64,000 bases of DNA from an uncultured bacterium (GTDB taxonomy: Bacteria > Zixibacteria > MSB-5A5 > CAIYYT01), in contig CAVSCK010000004.1 of assembly GCA_963726455.1 (NCBI GenBank), positions 704,001-768,000 of the forward strand, given 5' to 3'. Each line of letters begins with the position of its first letter. Position 1 is the first letter of the stretch. Below the pieces are notes generated by a model. The model saw nothing but the letters and a program-made list of their open reading frames with translations. It searched no databases and was not told the origin of the DNA. Positions 1-10,528 of this stretch are shown here, piece after piece. The position numbers and the translations under genes were made by a program.

Positions 1-1
1 A

Positions 2-429
2 GTTGGCGAAGATATCGCAATCGACATCAAGGCGGATGACATTCGCATCGACACCTATCGCGCATCCGGCGCCGGCGGGCAGCATGTCAACAAGACATCG
101 TCGGCGGTCAGAATCACGCACGATCCGAGCGGCATCGTCGTGCAGTGCCAGACGGAGCGCTCGCAGTTGAAGAACAAGGAATCGGCGATGAAAGTGTTGC
201 GGGCGCGACTGTATCAGCGGGCGCGCGAAGAAGAAGACAAGAAGCATGAGGAATACGCCAAGTCGAAGAAGAAGATCGAATGGGGCAGTCAGATCGGTCA
301 TACGTTTTTCACCCATACAATCTGGTCAAGGATCATCGAACGTCATTTGAAACATCCGATACTACGGGTGTGATGGATGGTCATATCGATGATTTTATCA
401 ATGCTTATCTCAACTGGAAAGATAAGTAA
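2..429 (+). CDS. prfB: Peptide chain release factor 2, 3' part (5' end outside window; apparent 1-nt indel near 296)
   Basis: Frame 2 reads [27 protein letters not shown] (GGQ motif)...[12 protein letters not shown]...IEWGSQI, then continues in another frame [15 protein letters not shown]...[14 protein letters not shown] to TAA at 427-429. Confidence 0.93.
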
Positions 430-441
430 TAGCGAGGCATT

Positions 442-1441
<1,000 letters not shown>

Positions 1442-1450
1442 GCGAAATGT

Positions 1451-1507
1451 GTAGGGGCGAGTCGTGAGCGGCAAAGCTAAGGTGGACCCGAATGCGGTAG
1501 TCCCTAC
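1451..1507. repeat. GTAG-type REP-like element (GTAGGG...CCCTAC ends)
   Basis: Intergenic, begins GTAGGGGCG and ends CCCTAC; the interior is degenerate. Confidence 0.4.
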
Positions 1508-1526
1508 GAATTGGAGATGAAGGTTA

Positions 1527-1785
1527 ATGCCTACTTATTCTTATAGATGTCAGGCCTGCAAACACGAATTTGAAGAATTCCAGAAGATCACCGATCCGCC
1601 GGTGAAGGACTGTCCGAAATGCGGCGGCGTGGTGATGCGCGTCATCACCGGCGGCGCCGGGCTGATCTTCAAAGGCAGCGGGTTTCTACATCACGGACAA
1701 TCGTTCATCTGATTACAAGAAGGCCGCCAATTCGGAAGGTACATCTTCATCCTCAAGTTCGAGTTCGAAGAAGAAGAGCGACTAA
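1527..1785 (+). CDS. FmdB-family zinc-ribbon protein (indel near 1682)
   Basis: MPTYSYRCQACKHEFE...CPKCGG...LIFKGSGF, continuing YITDNRSSDYKK plus a Ser-rich tail in an adjacent frame; GGAG SD upstream. Confidence 0.88.
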
Positions 1786-1831
1786 GATCATCCGTTAATC
1801 AGATTTCATAGATCAGAGTACATGTACGAAA

Positions 1832-1860
1832 GCGCCGTCAGGAAATATTTCTGACGGCGC
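1832..1860. repeat. GCCGTCAGGAA-family palindrome (REP-like, possibly acting as terminator)
   Basis: GCGCCGTCAG-GAAATATTT-CTGACGGCGC; the same core recurs at 39285 and 40606. Confidence 0.7.
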
Positions 1861-1969
1861 GACTGTTTAGCGTCTACTCCAAGGAGCGCTCGCTTTTTTG
1901 TTGAATTGGCTTTGTGGACACACGTATCTTTGCTGTAATGGAATCGCGGCACTCACAAAGGCGGTACTC

Positions 1970-2845
1970 ATGCGGCGTCTGATGATTATTCCGATATTGA
2001 TCGTGATTTCTCTCGTGTTGGTGTTTCTGATTCGCCAGCGACAGAAGGCGAATATACTGCCAGCCAACGTCGTCTATTCCTCCGGAAGCGTCGAAGCGAC
2101 GACCACAACGGTGAGCGCGCAAATCAGCGGCAAGATCCTGGTGAAGCGATTTGGCAAGGGCGACGTGGTTAAGCAAGGCGATACGCTGGTCTTGATCGAG
2201 CGCGATTTGCTGGATTCGAAGATGGCGGAACTGGAGACCGGCATCACGTCAACACAGGAGCAAATTGACGCCGGGCGGATAGATCTGGCCAACACGAAGA
2301 AGAATCTCGACCGCACCAAGCAGGCCTTCGACGCCGGGTCGGTGCCGCAGAAGGATATGGACAATTTGTCTTCGGCCTATCAATCGGCCAGCAAGAGACT
2401 ATCGGCATTGGAATCGCAAATTCAGTCCCTGGCAGCGCAGAAGTCATCGTTGCTTATTCAGATCGGCTACGCGACTGTTTTGTCGCCGGCGAACGGCTAT
2501 GTTCAATCAGATCCGGTGGAAGCCGGTGAAGTGGTTATGCCGGGCAGCCCACTGGCAGAGATCGTCGATCTCAGTGACACCTGGGTGGAAATCTATGTTG
2601 ACGAGACGGAGATTCCGTTTGTGCGACTTGGTGACACCGCTGACGTATATCTGGATAGCGATCCGCAAACTGCACTAAAGGGCACCGTGTCCTACATTTC
2701 GCAGAAGGCCGAATTCACGCCCAAGAACGTGCAAACGAAGAGGGAGCGGGTGAAACAGGTGTTCGCCGTGCGCGTGCGCGTTGATAATTCCTCCCAGAGG
2801 TTCAAGCCGGGCCTTCCGGTCGACGTGTATCTCAAGAAAACATGA
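1970..2845 (+). CDS. HlyD/YbhG-like membrane fusion (periplasmic adaptor) protein
   Basis: N-terminal TM, SGSVEAT, coiled coil, and ISQKAEFTPKNVQT...VFAVRV...FKPGLPVDV typical of YbhG. Confidence 0.9.
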   Translation: MRRLMIIPILIVISLVLVFLIRQRQKANILPANVVYSSGSVEATTTTVSAQISGKILVKRFGKGDVVKQGDTLVLIERDLLDSKMAELETGITSTQEQIDAGRIDLANTKKNLDRTKQAFDAGSVPQKDMDNLSSAYQSASKRLSALESQIQSLAAQKSSLLIQIGYATVLSPANGYVQSDPVEAGEVVMPGSPLAEIVDLSDTWVEIYVDETEIPFVRLGDTADVYLDSDPQTALKGTVSYISQKAEFTPKNVQTKRERVKQVFAVRVRVDNSSQRFKPGLPVDVYLKKT

Positions 2846-3765
2846 CAGCCGCAATTTCGGTCAAGGGATTGTGCAAACGCTTTGGCGAAGTCACCGCACT
2901 TGACAATCTCTCTATTGACGTCCCAGCCGGATCAATTTTCGCTCTGGTCGGCCCCGACGGCGCCGGCAAGACGACGCTCTTGCGAATTCTCGCGAGGATT
3001 ATGGATAGCGATTCCGGCACGATCAAGATAGCCGATGGGCGACCAGAGGACACTGCGAAATCGCACAGAGTCGCCATCGGGTACATGCCACAACGCTTCG
3101 GACTATACGAAGACCTCACGGTTCAGGAGAATATAGATTTCTTCGCTGACATGTTCGGTGTCCGCGGCACGGATCGTTCGGAACGCATAACCCGTTTGCT
3201 TTCCTTCTCGCGCATGGATCCGTTTACCGACCGTCTGGCAGGACAACTTTCCGGCGGCATGAAACAGAAGTTGGGGCTTGCCTGCGCGCTGATCCACAAC
3301 CCGGGAATACTCTTGCTGGATGAGCCGACTAACGGGGTCGATCCGGTGTCGCGCCGGGAGTTCTGGAAACTTCTCTATGATTTGAATCGCGCGGGAACGA
3401 CAGTAGTCATCAGTTCACCATACATGGATGAAGCCGAACGCGCTGGATACTTTGCCCTGATGAGCAAAGGCCAGCTTATCGCCGGTGGAATTCCCGCGGA
3501 TGAGCGCCGTCAGTTCAAGTATTCTGTCTATCAGCTTCCGACCGATCAGGCGCGGACATCAAAAGAGCAACTTGAATCTGCGCCGGAGTTCCGCTCGGTA
3601 AATCTGTTTGGAAACAGCGTGCACATCGTCACGGACAAACGAGTAACCGTCGACGGTGTTCGCGCAGTCATCGTTAATCGTGGAGTAGATGCTGCCGCGT
3701 TAAGCGCTATCACACCAAGCTTCGAAGATATCTATATCGGTCTCGCCGGTGGTCGCCATGAATGA
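2842..3765 (+). CDS. ABC transporter ATP-binding protein (YbhF first-NBD-like)
   Basis: Walker A GPDGAGKTT, signature LSGGMKQKL, Walker B LLLDEPT. Confidence 0.93.
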   Translation: MTAAISVKGLCKRFGEVTALDNLSIDVPAGSIFALVGPDGAGKTTLLRILARIMDSDSGTIKIADGRPEDTAKSHRVAIGYMPQRFGLYEDLTVQENIDFFADMFGVRGTDRSERITRLLSFSRMDPFTDRLAGQLSGGMKQKLGLACALIHNPGILLLDEPTNGVDPVSRREFWKLLYDLNRAGTTVVISSPYMDEAERAGYFALMSKGQLIAGGIPADERRQFKYSVYQLPTDQARTSKEQLESAPEFRSVNLFGNSVHIVTDKRVTVDGVRAVIVNRGVDAAALSAITPSFEDIYIGLAGGRHE

Positions 3766-4687
3766 ACATGCCGTAAGTGTCACCAAGCTCCGCCGCCAGT
3801 TTGGAGATTTCGTAGCGGTCAATGATATTAGTTTCGAAGTTGACAAGGGCGAGATCTTCGGATTTCTCGGTCCGAACGGCGCGGGCAAATCAACCACGAT
3901 TCGCATGCTCTGCGGTCTGCTGCTTCCCTCCGGAGGTTCCGGCACGGTTGCGGGCTTCGACATCATGCGGCAATCTGAAAAGATCAAGACCAAGATCGGC
4001 TACATGTCGCAGAAGTTCTCGCTTTACCAGACGCTCACGGTCGAGGAGAATCTGGATTTTTATGCCGGAATCTATCTCATGGATCGCGACCTTCATGCAG
4101 CAAAGAAACAGGAGTTCTTCGAGACCACCGAATTGGGCAACGTGCGCAACCGGCTGGTGGCAACTCTGCCGGTCGGTGTCAGGCAACTGCTGGCGCTCTT
4201 TTGCGCAATTCAGCACGGACCCGAAATAATATTCCTCGACGAGCCGACGGCCGGCGTCGACCCGTTGTCGCGCCGCTACTTCTGGGAGCAAATCAATCGT
4301 TTGTCGGACCAGGGTGTGACGATCTTCGTGACGACGCACTACCTTGACGAGGCCGAGGAATGCGACCGCATTGCCATGATCTTCAATGGACGGCTGGAAG
4401 CCATCGGGCAGCCGGAAACGCTGAAGCGGACCCGGTTCCCCGGCACGATACTTTCGGTAACATCTGAACGCCCTTGGGAAACAGCAGACGATCTCAGGAC
4501 ACTTAATGGGGTCGACGACGTGACTCTCTTTGGTTCGGAGCTTCACATCACACTGGCCGCCGGGTACTCGCCCGCTCAGGTTCTGCAAGAAGTACAGAAA
4601 GAATCAGGCGCACAGATATCGTTTGAGCAGGTCACGCCTACCCTGGAGGATCTCTTCATCGCCCTGACGCGGGAGGAATCGAAATGA
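3758..4687 (+). CDS. ABC transporter ATP-binding protein (YbhF second-NBD-like)
   Basis: GPNGAGKST, degenerate signature LPVGVRQ, IFLDEPTAGVDP, TTHYLDEAE. Confidence 0.93.
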   Translation: MNEHAVSVTKLRRQFGDFVAVNDISFEVDKGEIFGFLGPNGAGKSTTIRMLCGLLLPSGGSGTVAGFDIMRQSEKIKTKIGYMSQKFSLYQTLTVEENLDFYAGIYLMDRDLHAAKKQEFFETTELGNVRNRLVATLPVGVRQLLALFCAIQHGPEIIFLDEPTAGVDPLSRRYFWEQINRLSDQGVTIFVTTHYLDEAEECDRIAMIFNGRLEAIGQPETLKRTRFPGTILSVTSERPWETADDLRTLNGVDDVTLFGSELHITLAAGYSPAQVLQEVQKESGAQISFEQVTPTLEDLFIALTREESK

Positions 4688-5805
4688 GTTTCCTGCGAAT
4701 CAGGGCAATTGCGCGGAAAGAAACCATACAAATTATGCGCGACTATCGTTCGCTGATTCTGGCGTTCTTGTTGCCGATGGTTTTGATCTTTCTCTTCAGT
4801 TATGCAATCACGCTTGATATTAAGCACATTCCTACGGCGGTAATTGATTATTCAAATACGGACTATTCGCGCGATTTGATTCGCAAGTTTACAAACTCCC
4901 GCTACTTCGAGCAGGCGCGACAGCCGGCAACTGAGAAAGACATGCAGGAAATGATCGATGACGGCAAGATCAAGGTCGGTATTGTCATCCCGCCGGACTT
5001 TGCAGACAAGCTGAATCGCGGCGGCGCTTCGATACTAACTATTGCGGACGGCGCGGACGCGAACACGAGCCAGTCAACACTGGCATACACTTCGCTGATC
5101 ATCTCAGAGTATAATCTCGACAGGTTGCAGAAGTCTCTTGGATCCCGTTTGGCAGCATCGCTCGTTGCGCCGGAGGTTCGTTTCTGGTATAACCCCGATC
5201 TCAACTCACAGAATTTTCTGGTACCCGGCCTGATCTCATTGATCATGACAATTCTGGGATCGCTGTTGACATCACTGACGGTGGCGCGCGAGTGGGAACG
5301 CGGCACGATGGAGCTCTTGATCTCGACGCCTGTCAAACCAATCGAACTGGCCCTCGGCAAGTTGATCCCCTATTACATCATCGGGATGGTCGATTTGTTT
5401 CTCGCCGCGTACGTTGGAATCGTCGTATTCGATGTTCCATTCCTCGGCAGTCTTTGGGTGCTGGCTATCTTCTCGACGTTGTTCCTGATGGCGGCACTTT
5501 CCATAGGTTACCTTATCAGTGTCAGTCTTAAGTCACAGCAAGCGGCTTACCAGGTGTCAATGCTGACGTCGTTCCTTCCCGGCTTCCTGCTTTCCGGATT
5601 TCTGTTTCCCCTATCCTCGATGCCGACAGCGATTCGCGCCATCAGTTTGATCGTGCCGGGGCGATATTTCATTGCGGCATTGCGGGGACTGTTTCTCAAG
5701 GGTTCGACACTGGTGCAGTTGCTGCCTGAGGCACTGGCGTTACTGGCGTTCGCCGGCGTGTTCGGCGCGCTGGCCATTGTCAAGTTCAGGAAAAAGATTC
5801 AATGA
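4684..5805 (+). CDS. ABC-2 permease (YbhS-like)
   Basis: KETIQIMRD, WYNPDLNSQNFLVPG, VAREWERGTMELL; 1+5 TM pattern. Confidence 0.92.
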   Translation: MSFLRIRAIARKETIQIMRDYRSLILAFLLPMVLIFLFSYAITLDIKHIPTAVIDYSNTDYSRDLIRKFTNSRYFEQARQPATEKDMQEMIDDGKIKVGIVIPPDFADKLNRGGASILTIADGADANTSQSTLAYTSLIISEYNLDRLQKSLGSRLAASLVAPEVRFWYNPDLNSQNFLVPGLISLIMTILGSLLTSLTVAREWERGTMELLISTPVKPIELALGKLIPYYIIGMVDLFLAAYVGIVVFDVPFLGSLWVLAIFSTLFLMAALSIGYLISVSLKSQQAAYQVSMLTSFLPGFLLSGFLFPLSSMPTAIRAISLIVPGRYFIAALRGLFLKGSTLVQLLPEALALLAFAGVFGALAIVKFRKKIQ

Positions 5806-6929
5806 AGTGGCGACGCATTTATACAATCCTGGCAAAGGAATTTCAGGAGCTATTCCGCGACACGCGCATGCGCATGATAGTCTTTCTCGCCCCGATCATC
5901 CAACTCCTGATCTTCGGGTACGCCGCGACCTACGATATCAGGGAGATTCCGACCGCCGTGCTTGATCGCGACAATTCCACGCTAAGTCGCCATTTCGTAA
6001 ATCAACTGCAAGCGGCAAAGTATTTCACCCTGACCCAGCTTTTGCACTCACCATCTCAGATCGATTCGCTATTGGCAGACGGCACAATCTGGTGCGCGCT
6101 GGATATACCGGCAGACTTTGGCAAGGAGATCGCCTCCGGCAGGCCGGTCGACATCGGTGTGGCAATCGACGCCAGCAATTCCAACAGCGCTACGATCACG
6201 GCCGGTTATCTCGCAGGAGTAATCGCTCGATTTAATGAAGATCTGATCACGGAGCGCGTCGCTACGGTCTCGCCGGCGAAAGTCGGCCTCGTGGAGAATC
6301 GGATACGTATCTTGTACAATCCCGATCTTGAAAGCCGCAATTTCAATGTGCCGGCTATTGTCGTGCAGATTCTAGTGATCGTCACTCTCCTGCTTACGTC
6401 AATGGCTATCGTGAAGGAGAAAGAGTTCGGGACGATGGAGCAACTGGTTGTCACACCGATCAAGTCGAGTGAACTCATTATAGGCAAGGCCCTTCCCTAT
6501 GCATTCATTGGAATGTTTGACATCAGCATCATCTGCGCGGTCGCCGTATTTTATTTTCAGGTGCCACTGCTGGGAAGTCTGACGCTGCTCTTTACCACAT
6601 CACTGGTCTTCATGATGTCGACTCTGGCGGTTGGGCTGCTCATCTCGACAATTTCCAAAACCCAACAGCAGGCGATGATGACGGCGTTCTTCTTTATGAT
6701 GCCGGCGATTCTGCTCTCGGGATTCGCGTTCCCTATCGAGAACATGCCGGAGCCGATTCAGTACCTGACCTATTTGAATCCGCTCCGCTATTTCGTTGTC
6801 ATTATCCGCGCCATCTTTCTCAAAGGCGCACAGGCGCATCAGCTTGTCGATCAGATCGTGCCTCTGGTTCTACTGGGTGCCGGGACACTCTCGCTGGCGG
6901 CGCTATGGTTCCGCAAACGGACACGGTGA
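5802..6929 (+). CDS. ABC-2 permease (YbhR-like)
   Basis: KEFQELFRD, YNPDLESRNF, IVKEKEFGTMEQL, LLSGFAFPIENMP. Confidence 0.92.
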   Translation: MKWRRIYTILAKEFQELFRDTRMRMIVFLAPIIQLLIFGYAATYDIREIPTAVLDRDNSTLSRHFVNQLQAAKYFTLTQLLHSPSQIDSLLADGTIWCALDIPADFGKEIASGRPVDIGVAIDASNSNSATITAGYLAGVIARFNEDLITERVATVSPAKVGLVENRIRILYNPDLESRNFNVPAIVVQILVIVTLLLTSMAIVKEKEFGTMEQLVVTPIKSSELIIGKALPYAFIGMFDISIICAVAVFYFQVPLLGSLTLLFTTSLVFMMSTLAVGLLISTISKTQQQAMMTAFFFMMPAILLSGFAFPIENMPEPIQYLTYLNPLRYFVVIIRAIFLKGAQAHQLVDQIVPLVLLGAGTLSLAALWFRKRTR

Positions 6930-7057
6930 GCGAGAATGTATACAGGATGCAGGAGCGTAATGATTCACACAGAAAGGCAAGTAATCAGTGCAACTACCGT
7001 TTGGCCATGTCTGGGTCGATATCTAACATATATTGTGCAAGGTAATCTCTGTGGGAG

Positions 7058-8632
7058 ATGATGTTGACGAATACGTTGGAGCGATTTGAGGAGAAGTGGC
7101 AGGACCAGCCACAATATCTTTTTCTGTTGGCACTGGCAATCAACGCTACGGCCCTCGTGTTGTCCCATAACTATTTGGACGGCGACGCGCATACCAGAAC
7201 ATTCATGGCGCTTCAGTGGCTGAAGCATCCGTTCTTCATATATTTGCCGAACGACGTTACCTGGGTATTCGCTCCGCTACATTGTTATCTCAATGCCGCC
7301 GTACTGGCGGTCTGGAATAATCCACCCTTGGCGCCGAGAATCCTATCACTGGTTCTCACAAGTCTTACCATATTTCCGCTTTACTACTCAGTCCGAATGG
7401 TGTACGGCGTTCGAGCGGCATTCTATACGGCGCTCTTCTGCAGCTTCTGCACGCTGTTTATTCATCCGGCTGCGATTGCGGTGAGCGAAGGGATTAATGT
7501 CTTCTTCATTTTCTCCGCGATCTACTTCTTCCTGCGCTATCGGGACACAACGACCTGGCGGGACTTGATGTTAAGCGCACTGGCGGCACTAGCAGCCACC
7601 GCAATGCGGTACGACAGCGGGCCGCTAACGGCTATGATGGCGGTGCTGTTGTTCGTCAACGTCTTCACTGACAGACGCAGTGGAACGAATTACAGCAGGG
7701 CGAATGCAATGGTAAAAGCGTCTGTATTTGCGCTGGTCAGCCACGCCTTTGCCATCATGTGGATGCTGGCCCAATGGATAAAGCTCGGCAGCCCGACAAT
7801 TATGATGTCCGAACATCTGGAACTGCGCGAGATCAATCAGCAGATCGCCGAGTCAGGACGACTGTTTCTCACCGGATACCATCTGGCATTCCTGCCGGCA
7901 GTCATGTTCATTACCGCGCCGGTGGCATTTGTCGCAGGCACTTTCGGATTCTGGAGAACTGTGAAAGCGAGGACATTCAATCTGTTCTTCTGGCTGCTGG
8001 CCGCATTTGTGGTATACTATCTGCTCACATTCGTGTTCTCACTTTCCCGTTACCCGCTGGCAAGATTCACTACGCTCGGCGTCGTGCTGTGGCTCTGTTT
8101 CGCAGGAGCAGGCCTGGCCTATTTCGTAGATCGATTGTCGAGCGGATTACGGCGAATCGTCATGCTATTGCTTGTTGGTATAACTGTTGTCACACCTATT
8201 GGCTTAAGTTTCTTCTCGCATCCGAGCGATAATCCAATCGCAGAAAAGCTACGCGCTGTTTCACCTTTAACCAATCCGCCGGCATACTTTGCAGAGACAA
8301 GTGGTTACTGCAAAACCATTCTGGCACAAGGTGAGCGGCTGGTGCTGGACACGCGCAACTACAATGATCGCCTGCTCTACATTGATCTCTATCGATACTC
8401 CAAGCAGATCAATTACTTCTGGCCGGACAACGATTCGTTCGCACAGTACGTCAGGCAAGTCGTTCCGGAACATGTTCTTTACACCGACTATCCAGCCAAC
8501 AATCACGGCGTGTTCACGCGCTCCGACAAAGGTGATTCAGCATTGATCGCAGGTGTTCCCTATCTGCGGGAACGAACTTTCGGAATCTATACATTATATC
8601 GCCTGTCAAAATCCACTCTCACGACAAGATAA
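7058..8632 (+). CDS. GT-C fold polytopic glycosyltransferase (ArnT/PMT-like)
   Basis: About 11-12 hydrophobic segments, first loop DGDAHTR...WVFAPLH, SEG and MRYD motifs, soluble C-terminal domain. Confidence 0.75.
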   Translation: MMLTNTLERFEEKWQDQPQYLFLLALAINATALVLSHNYLDGDAHTRTFMALQWLKHPFFIYLPNDVTWVFAPLHCYLNAAVLAVWNNPPLAPRILSLVLTSLTIFPLYYSVRMVYGVRAAFYTALFCSFCTLFIHPAAIAVSEGINVFFIFSAIYFFLRYRDTTTWRDLMLSALAALAATAMRYDSGPLTAMMAVLLFVNVFTDRRSGTNYSRANAMVKASVFALVSHAFAIMWMLAQWIKLGSPTIMMSEHLELREINQQIAESGRLFLTGYHLAFLPAVMFITAPVAFVAGTFGFWRTVKARTFNLFFWLLAAFVVYYLLTFVFSLSRYPLARFTTLGVVLWLCFAGAGLAYFVDRLSSGLRRIVMLLLVGITVVTPIGLSFFSHPSDNPIAEKLRAVSPLTNPPAYFAETSGYCKTILAQGERLVLDTRNYNDRLLYIDLYRYSKQINYFWPDNDSFAQYVRQVVPEHVLYTDYPANNHGVFTRSDKGDSALIAGVPYLRERTFGIYTLYRLSKSTLTTR

Positions 8633-8738
8633 ATCGCCTCACAAATCCGATCGGCTTGCCGATAAATATATAAAGCCGACATCGCGGAAAACGTTCCGCA
8701 TTGTTACAGAGATAAAAGAAGGCGCAATCGAACCAACA

Positions 8739-9296
8739 ATGCTTGAGGAATGTTTGATAACCCCAACTGAGTGCAATTCGAACGAAACCGTGCTTGAGAA
8801 ATACGGCCCCCTCAAGATGGCGCGTTATCTTGTGCGCACGTTTGATGACTGGTCGGATGTCTGTGAGACACTAAATCGCCGGGTGCAGGAGAATGTCGAA
8901 GCCGGTGATTTTGAGGCAATTCTGCGCCTGATCGAGTGCTGGGCGATGTCCGTGCCGAACACCGTATCAAGTGTCATCGTCGGCTTCAATGTGCCGACGC
9001 TGATAATCGAGGAGCAGCGCGGCGTCGGACGGGTGAAGCGGCCGATGCAGATTGATCCGAACGGTAGGAAGAAACCGGCCATACTGAAAAGCGATAAGGC
9101 ACTTGCCATTACTTATGATGTGAAGAATCTACTCGATCTGCACGTCTTCAACCAGTTTGTGCATAACCCGCTGGCTTTGAAGACGGAGGGCTTGGACATT
9201 GGATCTGTCAAACGGATGATGAAAGTCTCCGTCAAGAAAGTGGAAGGCCCGGCAGCCAATTTTACCATAATATTCACCTGTCCATATCCAGCGTAA
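8739..9296 (+). CDS. Hypothetical soluble protein (start uncertain)
   Basis: Open frame filling the gap before the receiver gene; no motif recognised. Confidence 0.6.
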   Translation: MLEECLITPTECNSNETVLEKYGPLKMARYLVRTFDDWSDVCETLNRRVQENVEAGDFEAILRLIECWAMSVPNTVSSVIVGFNVPTLIIEEQRGVGRVKRPMQIDPNGRKKPAILKSDKALAITYDVKNLLDLHVFNQFVHNPLALKTEGLDIGSVKRMMKVSVKKVEGPAANFTIIFTCPYPA

Positions 9297-9325
9297 CGTA
9301 ACCGGGGCGGAAGCGGGCTAGCGAA

Positions 9326-9727
9326 ATGAAAGATTACAAGAGCTGTTTGAAGGTGATGTCGGTGGACGACGAGCAAGAAGTCACCTGCGTGATTTCTGAC
9401 TATCTTCTGACAGAGGGCTTCGATGTCAAGAGCTACAACGACCCTTACACCGCATTACGAACTCTGACAGACAACGACTGGCGACCGGACGTGATCCTGG
9501 TTGATATCATGATGCCGTCAATGGATGGATATCAGTTCTGCCAGCACCTGCAGGCGGAACCGGAACTGCGCGAAATACCCGTCATGTTTCTCACTGCCAA
9601 GGACCGCAATGACGACTCGTGTGCCTTTCTTAAATCAGGCGGACAACTCTTTATCAAGAAACCGTTCAAACTGACGGATCTCAAACAGCTACTTCTGCTG
9701 GCCGCACAGGTCGGTTACGACTTCTAG
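9326..9727 (+). CDS. Single-domain response regulator (REC only)
   Basis: VMSVDDE, PDVILVDIMMP, MFLTA, FIKKPF. Confidence 0.92.
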   Translation: MKDYKSCLKVMSVDDEQEVTCVISDYLLTEGFDVKSYNDPYTALRTLTDNDWRPDVILVDIMMPSMDGYQFCQHLQAEPELREIPVMFLTAKDRNDDSCAFLKSGGQLFIKKPFKLTDLKQLLLLAAQVGYDF

Positions 9728-9794
9728 CGCCAGAAACGAATCTCGCACAGGGAGACAATCCCCGCAGGCAAATACTATCAGAGGAAGTGTTCTA

Positions 9795-10289
9795 TTACTT
9801 CGTCAGGTGCTGTTGAATGCGGTTGAGTCTGGAGGTCAACGCGGAAAAACGGTCGGCCTCCTCAGGATATGAGGCAGTGCCAACTTCCAGCGGCGGCTCG
9901 AACGGGAGATTGAGACCACCCTTTAGAAAATCACGGATGAAGGTTTCGACCCGGCTGCGAACGCTATCTACCCCGGCTTTCGACGTTTCTACCAGCAGGA
10001 TAGCCATGCGATTCTTCTCGAATGGCGAAATGACGTCCGATAATCGCAATGTGCTGCGCAGCCCAGTTTCGATTTGGCTGCAGATCAGTTGCATATCGAT
10101 CTTCTGCTCCCCCGAGCGATTGGCCACCGCCCGCGCGAAATCGGACAGGTCGATCAGTATCATTGACAAGAACAAGCAATACCGCTCGGCACGGTTGATT
10201 TCCTGTTGAGTACGCTGCAGGAACTGCTGATGACTTTCGTTGCTTATGTCCATGCCGTCATTCGGCTTTCTGCCGGTTGCGTTCGCCAA
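9795..10289 (-). CDS. Stand-alone degenerate GGDEF-like protein
   Basis: QEINRAERYCLFLSMILIDL...LRLSDVISPFEKNRMAILLVET...VGTASYPEEA follows the GGDEF fold, with GGDEF replaced by EKNRM; TTG start with GAGAGG SD (alternative ATG at 10253). Confidence 0.75.
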   Translation of the reverse strand: MANATGRKPNDGMDISNESHQQFLQRTQQEINRAERYCLFLSMILIDLSDFARAVANRSGEQKIDMQLICSQIETGLRSTLRLSDVISPFEKNRMAILLVETSKAGVDSVRSRVETFIRDFLKGGLNLPFEPPLEVGTASYPEEADRFSALTSRLNRIQQHLTK

Positions 10290-10339
10290 TCTCTAACCTC
10301 TCGAAGCTTTTAGTCCACGGTGCATCTGCCTGATAACGA

Positions 10340-10355
10340 AGCAATAACAGTGCCA
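10340..10355 (-). promoter_or_regulatory. Sigma-54 (-24/-12) promoter for the GGDEF-like gene
   Basis: Minus strand reads TGGCACTGTTATTGCT, an exact TGGCAC-N5-TTGC match about 50 nt upstream of the start codon. Confidence 0.8.
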
Positions 10356-10504
10356 CACCACCAAGTGACCCTTCACCGAATTTGCCACCGTGATATTCGC
10401 CTCTACTGAGACAATGTGATAACCGATTTCCGCCTATCTTGAACCTCTCCAAGCCAATCTTCTCACGCCAGCGGACTGCAACAACATTCACTTATCGTGC
10501 AACA

Positions 10505-10525
10505 AGTTACCGCCATTGCGTAACT
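10505..10525. promoter_or_regulatory. Inverted repeat AGTTAC-N9-GTAACT (candidate enhancer or weak terminator)
   Basis: Palindrome just past the NtrC-like stop codon and 150 nt upstream of the sigma-54 promoter. Confidence 0.35.
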
Positions 10526-10528
10526 CAA

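Noticed and set aside
285-305. prfB frameshift as the programmed +1 RF2 frameshift
   Set aside because: The programmed site (CTT TGA) is near the 5' end, outside the window. This shift is near the C-terminus with no slippery stop context.
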